Origin: a virus | IMG/VR virus record: IMGVR_UViG_3300028392_000030 | Location: 32,001 to 96,000 of that record | Direction: 5' to 3' (one strand) | Length of the DNA: 64,000 nt | Shown: positions 18,455 to 26,429 of the stretch, in pieces | Layout of the letters: each line of letters starts with the position of its first letter | How positions within the stretch are numbered: the first letter of the stretch is position 1 | Translations under genes and position numbers: made by a program | The notes under the pieces: model-generated | Told to the model about the DNA's origin: nothing | Seen by the model: only the letters and a program-made list of their open reading frames with translations | Database searches by the model: none

Positions 18455-18477
18455 ACCCGCTTCGGCGGGTCTCTTTT
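18455..18477 (+). terminator. Rho-independent terminator after tmRNA
   Basis: ACCCGC-TTCG-GCGGGT followed by CTCTTTT. Confidence 0.8.
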
Positions 18478-18570
18478 CGACTGTTTGAGTGGATAAAAAT
18501 TACTGTGTATCAGTAAAACCACTAAATAATATGTTGGGCACACGTCCACATTCTTATAAGGAAAAACTAA

Positions 18571-19119
18571 ATGAAGAAAATCTTCGCAATCTTGTCTTTG
18601 GCTGTATCAGGTTTGGCCGTTGCTGGCGACAGCGTGACCCTAGAAAGTCAACACATCAACAACGTTACTGGAAACGCACAACAGGTATATCTGTTAGGTG
18701 TTAAGAAAGAAATCAATCAAAACTTTGCCGGTGACGTGCTTATCAGTAATGCTGTAACCGACAACACCAATGCCTTGAGCACACGCATCGAAACAGGTGG
18801 CACTGTTACTGCACCGTTGTATGGTATTGTAAACGGCTACACTCGTGTTGCATTGGGACAAAAGTATAGCAATACTGCCAACTTTACATACTACTCAATC
18901 GAGCCTGGAGTTAGTGTTCCATTTGGTCCGGTGACAGCCAAAGTGGGTTGGCGCACTCGTACTGCTGTTGACAGCGGCAACAACGACCAAACACACACCA
19001 TGCGCTATACATTGGCTTATGCAGTGACTAAAGTTGATACTGTTGCTGTAAGATATGATCGTGTCAATGGCGATAACGATCAAAAGATCTGGACCGTTAA
19101 TTACACACGCGGTTTCTAA
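18571..19119 (+). CDS. Outer-membrane beta-barrel / porin-like protein
   Basis: Signal peptide MKKIFAILSLAVSGLAVA; alternating beta-strand pattern; C-terminal Phe (YTRGF). Confidence 0.7.
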   Translation: MKKIFAILSLAVSGLAVAGDSVTLESQHINNVTGNAQQVYLLGVKKEINQNFAGDVLISNAVTDNTNALSTRIETGGTVTAPLYGIVNGYTRVALGQKYSNTANFTYYSIEPGVSVPFGPVTAKVGWRTRTAVDSGNNDQTHTMRYTLAYAVTKVDTVAVRYDRVNGDNDQKIWTVNYTRGF

Positions 19120-19135
19120 AATTTAAAAATCTAAC

Positions 19136-19159
19136 AAAAGGCTCTTCGGAGCCTTTTTT
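19136..19159 (+). terminator. Rho-independent terminator
   Basis: AAAAGGCTC-TTCG-GAGCCTTTTTT. Confidence 0.85.
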
Positions 19160-19181
19160 AATGATCAACGGAGTTAGCAGA

Positions 19182-19904
19182 ATGGCAAAATTAATAGTAT
19201 GCGGATGTAGTTTGAGTGCTGATAGCATTGACAGGCCAGGAACAGGCTATGGCCATCAAACAGCCAAGCGGTTGGGTTGGGACGTAGAGATACTGGCACG
19301 GCAAGGATGCAGTAACGGTGGTATCCGTATACAAATAGATGAAGCACTACGCCAACAGCCTGATTTTGTCATTGTGGCACCAACATTTTGTGATCGTATA
19401 GAGATTCCTGCTGCCACTGACTGTGGCTACGATAAAACAGCCGGTATTGATAATGTTAACTATGGCACAAATCCATATCGCATGATTTGTGAAAATATAA
19501 CTACGTTGGTTGGGAATTATAACAATCCATATCGCACAGGTGAACTAGATAAAAATACACAGGAGGCGATTCGACAATACATTAACCACATATACGATGT
19601 CAATTGGAAGCGACAGCAAGATGAATGGATCATGCGCGATGGCATTATGCAGTTGTTCTATTCTGGTATACCATTTTTGATTATCGCCGGCGAACTTTGG
19701 AATACCGGAAATATACGCCAAGCTATACCTAAAGTAGTAGACGATCGATACTTGACCCTTGACTACCAAGAAACACCTAATTATGCAATAACCAATTGGC
19801 CGTTTGAAAGCACAGACCCTGGATACCACGGTAGTCCGGCTGGTCAGGAATATTTGGCAGAAATCTATGCCGACAAGATACGCAATTGGCAATATGCCAG
19901 TTGA
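19182..19904 (+). CDS. SGNH/GDSL-like protein
   Basis: LIVCGCSLS, GCSNGGI, DPGYHG. Confidence 0.6.
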   Translation: MAKLIVCGCSLSADSIDRPGTGYGHQTAKRLGWDVEILARQGCSNGGIRIQIDEALRQQPDFVIVAPTFCDRIEIPAATDCGYDKTAGIDNVNYGTNPYRMICENITTLVGNYNNPYRTGELDKNTQEAIRQYINHIYDVNWKRQQDEWIMRDGIMQLFYSGIPFLIIAGELWNTGNIRQAIPKVVDDRYLTLDYQETPNYAITNWPFESTDPGYHGSPAGQEYLAEIYADKIRNWQYAS

Positions 19905-19929
19905 CAAATCATAAATAACCATGTATAAT
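19901..19929 (+). promoter_or_regulatory. Sigma70-type promoter (leaderless)
   Basis: TTGACA-N17-TATAAT, 6 nt, ATG at 19936. Confidence 0.8.
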
Positions 19930-19935
19930 ACTACT

Positions 19936-20040
19936 ATGAAAACTAATAAATTACATCCTTCTTTAGGAAATAACCCAGTAATTGGACAAGCCGATTTATG
20001 GGTCTATGGCTGTGAAGATCGTAGAGTGGGTTTTGAATAG
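19936..20040 (+). CDS. 34-aa putative leader peptide MKTNKLHPSLGNNPVIGQADLWVYGCEDRRVGFE
   Basis: Hand translation; lies between the promoter and a terminator. Confidence 0.55.
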   Translation: MKTNKLHPSLGNNPVIGQADLWVYGCEDRRVGFE

Positions 20041-20065
20041 CAGTAAGTTTTAACTTTTATTCAAC

Positions 20066-20096
20066 AACCCCGAAACTGAACATTCCGGGGTTTTTT
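20066..20096 (+). terminator. Terminator / possible attenuator
   Basis: AACCCCG...CGGGGTT followed by a T-run. Confidence 0.75.
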
Positions 20097-20110
20097 ATTG
20101 GAAGAAAAAT

Positions 20111-20269
20111 ATGGAAAATAAAATACAAGATAAAATTTTTTTAGCACCCGAAGAGCGTGTGGCCTTAATTGAACGCAAGCTCGAACGTGCCCGTGTGCAA
20201 GTTGACGCAATGATAGCTCAAATGGAAGCAGTAAAAAAAGTAAAGAACAATGAACAAACTAATTCGTGA
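20111..20269 (+). CDS. Small coiled-coil hypothetical protein
   Basis: Hand translation MENKIQDKIFLAPEERVALIERKLERARVQ... Confidence 0.5.
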   Translation: MENKIQDKIFLAPEERVALIERKLERARVQVDAMIAQMEAVKKVKNNEQTNS

Positions 20270-20555
20270 TGGCAAGGTGGCTGTGTTGGTATCACCCGGT
20301 TATGGGGCTGGTTGGTACAGCTGGCACGGTAATGAGGAATTGCTTTACGATCCCAGTATTGCGGAATGGGTCGAACAACAAGCGTTTGATAAAGTTCTTA
20401 CCTATATGGAATTAAAGCATCCAGATGTTTATTGCGGAGGATTAGAAGACTTAGAGGTCAATTGGGTCTCAACCGGAGATCGTTTCCGTATTGATGAACA
20501 CGACGGAGCAGAAAGTTTGGTGCTGGAAAAAAACGAATATTGGCTAACTGCTTGA
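20250..20555 (+). CDS. Hypothetical phage protein
   Basis: VAVLVSPGYGAGWYSW, FRIDEHDGAE. Confidence 0.75.
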   Translation: MNKLIRDGKVAVLVSPGYGAGWYSWHGNEELLYDPSIAEWVEQQAFDKVLTYMELKHPDVYCGGLEDLEVNWVSTGDRFRIDEHDGAESLVLEKNEYWLTA

Positions 20556-20586
20556 TGGTAATACAAAAGTATTACAAACAATTTGG

Positions 20587-20615
20587 TTGACCCAAAATAG
20601 CTATTCGGCTATAAT
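20587..20615 (+). promoter_or_regulatory. Sigma70-type promoter
   Basis: TTGACC-N17-TATAAT. Confidence 0.75.
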
Positions 20616-20642
20616 AGAGTAACAGTTAGAAGAAAGGAGGGC

Positions 20643-21248
20643 ATGATGCCTAGTGTATTTTTAGTAAGCGACACGCATTTCGGACATACCGGCGTCTGCC
20701 GCTTCACCCGTAATGACGGTGTTACAAAGTTAAGGCCGTGGGATAGTCCTGAAGAAATGGACGAAGCCATGGTCAAGGCCTGGAACGAACGTGTTAAGCC
20801 CACAGACAAGGTCTACCATTTGGGTGACGTTGTGATCAATCGTAAGGCCTTGGGTATTATGCATAGATTGAACGGTGATAAGGTGTTGATCCGTGGTAAT
20901 CATGACATCTTCAAAGATGCCGACTATCGTGAACATTTTCGTGAACTTCGTGCATACCATGTGATGAATGGTATGATCTTGAGTCATATTCCTGTTCACG
21001 CAGAAAGTCTTGGTCGTTTTGGTGTTAACATTCACGGACACTTGCATGCCAACCGTGTCAAGCGGGCTCGTGGTGTTGATGCTAGAACCGGAGAAGTTTT
21101 ATACAGTGATGAGAACGACGTTCGTTATCATTGTGTCTGTGTAGAGCAAACTGATTTTGCACCCATCTTGTTTGAAGACGTGATCAAGCGAATTGAAGCA
21201 GAAGGTGGTGCAGTAGGTTTTAGGAACGGAAATGGTCCTACGATGTAG
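20643..21248 (+). CDS. Calcineurin-like metallophosphoesterase
   Basis: SDTHFGH, LGDV, GNHD, SHIP, HGHLH. Confidence 0.9.
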   Translation: MMPSVFLVSDTHFGHTGVCRFTRNDGVTKLRPWDSPEEMDEAMVKAWNERVKPTDKVYHLGDVVINRKALGIMHRLNGDKVLIRGNHDIFKDADYREHFRELRAYHVMNGMILSHIPVHAESLGRFGVNIHGHLHANRVKRARGVDARTGEVLYSDENDVRYHCVCVEQTDFAPILFEDVIKRIEAEGGAVGFRNGNGPTM

Positions 21249-21253
21249 TTTTT

Positions 21254-21327
21254 GTATCCCTGATGTAATGGCAGCATAGCGGTCTCCAAAACCGTTCGTC
21301 GGAGTTCGAGTCTCTGGGGGTATGCCA
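21254..21327 (+). tRNA. tRNA-Trp(CCA)
   Basis: Cloverleaf; GCGGT-CTCCAAA-ACCGT; CCA end. Confidence 0.85.
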
Positions 21328-21375
21328 AAAATAGTTTGACAAGATATAGGAGTTAGTGTAAAATACAAATTCAAT

Positions 21376-21449
21376 CGCGGATTAGAGAAACGGTATCTCG
21401 GGAGTCTCATAAGCTCCAGTTGGTGGTTCGATTCCATCATCCGCAACCA
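21376..21449 (+). tRNA. tRNA-Met(CAT), initiator-like
   Basis: C1:A72 mismatch, A11:U24, GGAGT-CTCATAA-GCTCC; CCA end. Confidence 0.85.
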
Positions 21450-21463
21450 ATCGAAAGGTAAAC

Positions 21464-21667
21464 ATGGACATTGATCAAGCGGCAGTATTTTTAGCAGGTA
21501 GTATTTTAACAGCACTGGGATTTATTATTATTGTAATAGCGGCAGTTGTTATTAATAATATCATTCACAAATATTGGAAAAGTTTTGGTTGGAATTTTTT
21601 TCCAGCTTATGTGCAAAAAGAAGAAAAAGAAGTGGTTTACGAAGAACCCAAGTTGGATAAGAAATAA
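21464..21667 (+). CDS. Small membrane protein
   Basis: Hydrophobic helix; AAGG SD. Confidence 0.65.
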   Translation: MDIDQAAVFLAGSILTALGFIIIVIAAVVINNIIHKYWKSFGWNFFPAYVQKEEKEVVYEEPKLDKK

Positions 21668-21669
21668 GT

Positions 21670-21746
21670 CGGAGTGTAGCACAGCCTGGTAGTGCGCCTG
21701 GTTTGGGACCAGGAGGTCCGAGGTTCGATCCCTCGTACTCCGACCA
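21670..21746 (+). tRNA. tRNA-Pro(TGG)
   Basis: CGGAGTG/TACTCCG; CCTGG-TTTGGGA-CCAGG; CCA. Confidence 0.95.
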
Positions 21747-21753
21747 AGAGTTT

Positions 21754-21828
21754 GGCTTCATAGTATAATGGTTAGTACGGTGGCTTGTCACGCCACTAAT
21801 AGGAGTTCGATTCTCCTTGAAGCCGCCA
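21754..21828 (+). tRNA. tRNA-Asp(GTC)
   Basis: GTGGC-TTGTCAC-GCCAC; CCA. Confidence 0.93.
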
Positions 21829-21830
21829 AG

Positions 21831-22234
21831 TTAGGGTGCCTGAACATAAATGCATAAGACAGTTCAGGTTAAGTGGTATCCCGTTATGGGGCCAGCCCAC
21901 CTAACGTGCCAACTGTCATTGGCTAGTCTGACCCAGACGATGAGAAGTGGTATGACAACCACGGGTGGTTCTGAAACGAAAAGTTTCACACAGAAGCCAT
22001 GATAGAACATGGATGTATGTGCGGTCCAACCTAACCGGCGCTAGCAATGCGAGAACGGTCCCTGTCGGGAAGCGGGTGGAAGGTGTAAGTGACGAACAGA
22101 CTAGTTAGGGCAACTTGACGAAATTTCTGATACACTATAATTACCGCCGGGGGACGCAGAGCATATATGAACACATTCGGTTGGCCCATAGCCAACAGAG
22201 ACATCAGAAACGTGAGTGTGTTCTTATATGTTTT
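21831..22234 (+). ncRNA. Large structured ncRNA, GOLLD-like
   Basis: Dense nested helices (GTTAGG/CCTAAC, CCTGAAC/GTTCAGG, GCCAA/TTGGC, GTGGT/ACCAC, CCATG/CATGG, GAACAC/GTGTTC, GTTGGC/GCCAAC) fill the gap between two tRNAs; size and context fit GOLLD; family assignment is from recall, not a search. Confidence 0.65.
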
Positions 22235-22320
22235 GGAGATGTAGGAAAATTGGTAACCCCAGTGGACTGTAAATCCGCCGCCTTCAGGCACTGTTGGTTC
22301 GACTCCAGCCGTCTCCACCA
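22235..22320 (+). tRNA. tRNA-Tyr(GTA)
   Basis: GTGGA-CTGTAAA-TCCGC; long variable arm; CCA. Confidence 0.93.
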
Positions 22321-22325
22321 AACAT

Positions 22326-22401
22326 GCTCGGTTCGTCTATCGGCTAGGACACTGCCCTTTCACGGCAGGAAGGAGGGGTTCGATTCCCCCACCGAGTACC
22401 A
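22326..22401 (+). tRNA. tRNA-Glu(TTC)
   Basis: CTGCC-CTTTCAC-GGCAG; CCA. Confidence 0.93.
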
Positions 22402-22408
22402 GTCAGTC

Positions 22409-22492
22409 GCGATTGTGGAGAAATGGTATACTCAGCAGACTTAAAATCTGCCGTCAAAAGACATGCTGGTTCGAGTCCAGCCAGTCGCACCA
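22409..22492 (+). tRNA. tRNA-Leu(TAA)
   Basis: GCAGA-CTTAAAA-TCTGC; variable arm; CCA. Confidence 0.93.
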
Positions 22493-22523
22493 ATACAATG
22501 GTACTTTAACGTAAATACATAAT

Positions 22524-23501
22524 ATGCCAAAAATACTTAATTTCCAATCCGAGTTAGGCCCATTTGCAATAGAATTACTAGACAATTTATTTGTTAATCA
22601 ATGGCTAGAACATTTCTTAAAGATAGTTAACAAATATCATCTAACTGGTAGATCTGTGTCGTGGCCATTTGTTACAGACAGTATCAAGTCTACTGACTGT
22701 ATTGAAAATCTAATGAAATCAATAGAGCTGGCTAACAGTTTAACTTATATAAGTCCGTTTCCTGAAACAGTATCCAAAAATGAACTTGCACTTTTAAATT
22801 TGGATACACAAAAAATACTGAACAGACTTCATCGTTACTGTGTCGCTGCAGCTGATACGCGAAATCGCTGGGTGCGGGACCAAGAACCTACATTTGACTG
22901 GGTGCCTTATGAAGTTGAACAATTCAATTATACAGTAGACCTAATTAATCAAAATATACATCGTTTGGAACTGTATGTGCATACACCGCATAAAGATAAA
23001 TTTCGTAAGCCAGGATGGCATACCACTGAACTTATTTTTAATGCCTCGAAATATGATGATGTCACTGTGTATCATGATGATGTTGATGTCATCATCGACG
23101 ATGCCATGTTTGAATATTTACGGTTATCTGGATATGATGTTTGGATCAAAAAAGATCTATTAGGAAAAGATTTTATCACAGGGTTTGCCGATCATGACGA
23201 TCCTGGGCAAATAGACATTCGTCCACCAACTATGTATTCAGGAGGTATTCAAATCGACAATAACAACGGCAAGGAAACTATATATCAAAGTTCAGAATTT
23301 ATAAATTGGCTGGGCAAATACCCCAACAACTTTCATGGAAATTATCCATTGGGCAATGTTGTTAGTAACAAACAAAACTCACTTGCTAAACAGATACAAT
23401 TTGTTGGAATAAGTAATAGCTCACAGGTGTTTACAGACACAATAATGTCTGTTGCCCCGGTGCTTGATAAATTGTCACAAGGCCAATCAAATGAAAATTA
23501 A
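22524..23501 (+). CDS. Hypothetical protein (homologous to 61257..62309)
   Basis: Shared DNLFVNQWL/DSSLSRKWL, LNRLHRY and INQNIHRLE/LNGLCHEFE patterns; TAAATA 6 nt before ATG. Confidence 0.7.
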   Translation: MPKILNFQSELGPFAIELLDNLFVNQWLEHFLKIVNKYHLTGRSVSWPFVTDSIKSTDCIENLMKSIELANSLTYISPFPETVSKNELALLNLDTQKILNRLHRYCVAAADTRNRWVRDQEPTFDWVPYEVEQFNYTVDLINQNIHRLELYVHTPHKDKFRKPGWHTTELIFNASKYDDVTVYHDDVDVIIDDAMFEYLRLSGYDVWIKKDLLGKDFITGFADHDDPGQIDIRPPTMYSGGIQIDNNNGKETIYQSSEFINWLGKYPNNFHGNYPLGNVVSNKQNSLAKQIQFVGISNSSQVFTDTIMSVAPVLDKLSQGQSNEN

Positions 23502-24156
23502 AAATTATATAGTAAGATCTCTATACAAAATCAACAATGGAGTAGAAATTTATCCCAGTGGACAACCGTCTATAACATCTACAGATTATCGTGTATATAA
23601 AAAAATGCACGACTTAACTCTTCCTACATTGCAAAAACACATAGGTGGCGAATGGGAATTGGTATTGTTTGAAGGCGAAGTGGACTATGCTCAAGAAATG
23701 CATAGGGATGTTTTTATGAGAACTTATCAATTATGGTCCGAGCAACCATGCAATATACTTTTTGTTGACTTAGATATCATGGCATTTGGATCGATTGATT
23801 TTTTTGATCAATATAAAAATTTCGCAATGTTTACCGAAATAAGAGAGCAATTTTACAATTGCGGATTGCGTTATTTTCCTCATACTATGGATCCAGCTGT
23901 TTGGGCTGTCGGGTTAGAATTATATAAAGAGTGGGGCAATGATACCGAATGGGATAGAGATCAATTGGTTTATTCTAAAATGATATGCAGCCAACCGGAT
24001 TTTGTTTTTAAACAAGTGCCTATAAATTCTCAATTTGACGGAATTCGGTATGATCCTGAGTATGCCAATCAATACAAACTGTTACATTTTCACAGTTCAA
24101 AAGGCCCCAAACCGGTCTATGCATTGATGAAAAAATATGCCGAGCAATCGGTTTGA
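23491..24156 (+). CDS. Nucleotide-diphospho-sugar transferase-like protein
   Basis: LFVDLDI DxD motif, WDRDQLVY, LLHFHSS. Confidence 0.65.
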   Translation: MKIKNYIVRSLYKINNGVEIYPSGQPSITSTDYRVYKKMHDLTLPTLQKHIGGEWELVLFEGEVDYAQEMHRDVFMRTYQLWSEQPCNILFVDLDIMAFGSIDFFDQYKNFAMFTEIREQFYNCGLRYFPHTMDPAVWAVGLELYKEWGNDTEWDRDQLVYSKMICSQPDFVFKQVPINSQFDGIRYDPEYANQYKLLHFHSSKGPKPVYALMKKYAEQSV

Positions 24157-24162
24157 CAATAT

Positions 24163-24236
24163 GCGGGGTTAGTTTAATGGTAAAACGAGATCCTTCCAAG
24201 TTCAAGTCAGGAGTTCGATTCTCCTACTCCGCTCCA
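24163..24236 (+). tRNA. tRNA-Gly(TCC)
   Basis: GCGGGGT/ACTCCGC-T-CCA; loop CTTCCAA; weak anticodon stem. Confidence 0.85.
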
Positions 24237-24250
24237 ACCCAAGGTAATTT

Positions 24251-24502
24251 ATGTTAGAATATGCGGTTACATTCTTTGCAGTATTTGCTACTGACTTGAT
24301 TTATGTGTATTTTGTCAAGTCGATCCAGGACAACCGACCCTTGATGGCCGCTTGGTGGAGTATGGCAGTGACTTTCACTGCCAGTGTAGCAGTGATCAAT
24401 TATACTGCTGATCACTGGGCCTTGATTCCGGCCTTGGCCGGTGCCTACTGTGGCACCTTGTTTGGCATGTGGATCAAGCGAAAGATCAACGTAGGACCTT
24501 AG
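24251..24502 (+). CDS. Small multi-pass membrane protein
   Basis: Three hydrophobic segments; AAGG SD. Confidence 0.7.
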   Translation: MLEYAVTFFAVFATDLIYVYFVKSIQDNRPLMAAWWSMAVTFTASVAVINYTADHWALIPALAGAYCGTLFGMWIKRKINVGP

Positions 24503-24568
24503 CTCAGTTGGTAGAGTGTCTGCCTTACAAGCAGAATGTCGTCAGTTCGAACCTGGCAGGTCCTACCA
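24493..24568 (+). tRNA. tRNA-Val(TAC)
   Basis: TCTGC-CTTACAA-GCAGA; CCA. Confidence 0.92.
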
Positions 24569-24575
24569 GTATTAT

Positions 24576-24653
24576 GCAACGGTGGCAGAGTGGCCCAATG
24601 CAACGGATTGCAAATCCGTAAAACCGCTGGTTCAAATCCAGCCCGTTGCTCCA
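24576..24653 (+). tRNA. tRNA-Cys(GCA)
   Basis: ACGGA-TTGCAAA-TCCGT; U73; CCA. Confidence 0.92.
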
Positions 24654-25657
24654 GTTTCGACAGATCGTAAGTATTCAGTAAGAGGATGCATCCAGTCAGT
24701 TGATAAAAAATGTTGTTGATTGTGTGTGAGTACCGACTGCAACTTTTGCATCACTGTCTCGGGATCCAACCGACACAAGAGTTCAACTTGCTGCCATGCC
24801 TGGGCAAAACGTTCAGTCTCATCATCAATAGTATCATAATTTTCGTCAATCACTGAGTTAAAAGTTTGAAAGCCTAAGCTGCGCAAATTACGTAAAAAAT
24901 ACTGGCCGCTGAACACTATAAAAGGTCTACCAGCTACAATGGGTTTGGCAGTTTTTTCAGTAAATTGACTGTAATAATTAGTGCATACCGTTTCAGCCAC
25001 TATACTATAAAAAGTTTGATTGTAGATATCAACCGGTAACAAGTTGCTGATTGCAACAAAATTTCCGTGCGTGTCCATGCGAACTCGATGTGTAGTTGCT
25101 TGAGCACCATTGATATTCTGTGACCATATGCCTTGACCAATTTGGTCTTTGAAATAGTTATACACAATATGATCTTGACAGCCACTGGATTTATACAGTT
25201 GTTCAATTTGATCTCTGTGTGATTTTTTTGTGCCCAGTAAACAATCAAAGCGTTTCGGCCGATTTGATTCAATATGCAGTTGTGACTGTAACTTTTTTGC
25301 CCAAGCGTCGGTCGCGTAGTAATTGTTGGATTGACCAAACCAACTGATCAATGGAACAACATTGGTAGTAGAAAAATTTGCAATCACAGGAGAAAAAATA
25401 ATAATTTTAGAGCTACTGTGTGCCTGAACAAACTGATAAAAATCTCCGGTAGGTTCATCAACTATCACTATCAGCAATCGAGTTTTATCTAACAATTGCT
25501 CAATCACCTTGGCATGTGCTGAATAGTTACTGTTGTAAAACGTAATTGAAATCAAATCACATGCATTGGAAATTTGGTCAATGTGTTGATAGTTTTTATA
25601 TACGTCTGAGGTCGATTCAACCAACGAGAAACAAAAATTGTCTAAAAAAAACTTCAT
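24632..25657 (-). CDS. Glycosyltransferase-like protein (SIVAET/TEKT.KP family)
   Basis: FYSIVAET, FTEKTAKPI, GFQTF..VIDE.YD; start moved to MKFFLD. Confidence 0.6.
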   Translation of the reverse strand: MKFFLDNFCFSLVESTSDVYKNYQHIDQISNACDLISITFYNSNYSAHAKVIEQLLDKTRLLIVIVDEPTGDFYQFVQAHSSSKIIIFSPVIANFSTTNVVPLISWFGQSNNYYATDAWAKKLQSQLHIESNRPKRFDCLLGTKKSHRDQIEQLYKSSGCQDHIVYNYFKDQIGQGIWSQNINGAQATTHRVRMDTHGNFVAISNLLPVDIYNQTFYSIVAETVCTNYYSQFTEKTAKPIVAGRPFIVFSGQYFLRNLRSLGFQTFNSVIDENYDTIDDETERFAQAWQQVELLCRLDPETVMQKLQSVLTHNQQHFLSTDWMHPLTEYLRSVETGATGWI

Positions 25658-25661
25658 TTTA

Positions 25662-26360
25662 TTATAGTTTTGAAAGAAACATATCTGCAATGTGACGATT
25701 GGTAATTTCACCATAGTGTTGTAAATCTCTGGCTCGATCTGTCATTGTGATAGCAGATGCTTCTTGTTGAATGTATTTGATGCCGCGATCACTGCACAGT
25801 TGTTTAATGGCCAGCGTATTTTTTAAATAATTCATACTGCTGTTGGTATCATTACTGAGCCAACTTCTTGCAAAAGAGTCTACCATTGGAAAACCAATTG
25901 GCCAACAGCTGAGATCATAAAGTTGGTCTTCGTCAATGTGTAGTTCAAGTCTGGTTCTCTCTGTAGATAAAAAAATTACCAAGTCCGGTTTTAATTGTTC
26001 TATCCAATGGTGTGCCAAACGAAAAGCTGTGTCATTGGATGCACCCCCTACTCCAAGATTGTAGTTTTTGAGTTTCAACGCGGTGCTGACTCGATGTGCC
26101 CAGGTAGACTCAACAGGCAATCCCATACCCAGTGTGTGACTACAGCCAATGAACATCACACCAGAGCCAGCTGAATCAAATTCATCTGCTCGAAATCCAT
26201 GACTGTTAAATTTATATGTGATTGGTCGATTGATCCAATTGTATTGATCCAATTGTGTTCGATTTCGAACTAAATTTTTTTGGTATAACTCTTCCGAATC
26301 GGTTCCGTGCCACAGTATTTCTTGATTGGCCAAGGATGAATTAGAGTGTCGAGGTGTCAT
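25662..26360 (-). CDS. SGNH/GDSL-like protein
   Basis: FIGCSHTLG, NLGVGGASND, RDLQHYG. Confidence 0.6.
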   Translation of the reverse strand: MTPRHSNSSLANQEILWHGTDSEELYQKNLVRNRTQLDQYNWINRPITYKFNSHGFRADEFDSAGSGVMFIGCSHTLGMGLPVESTWAHRVSTALKLKNYNLGVGGASNDTAFRLAHHWIEQLKPDLVIFLSTERTRLELHIDEDQLYDLSCWPIGFPMVDSFARSWLSNDTNSSMNYLKNTLAIKQLCSDRGIKYIQQEASAITMTDRARDLQHYGEITNRHIADMFLSKL

Positions 26361-26429
26361 TGAATATTTATAGGGGCTTGACCAGCAACGTTTTTTCGTA
26401 TATAATACACTTTTACAACAGGAGATATT

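Noticed and set aside
22031-22444. ORFs 22031..22321(-) and 22115..22444(+)
   Set aside because: They overlap the structured ncRNA and tRNA-Tyr/Glu/Leu; shadow frames
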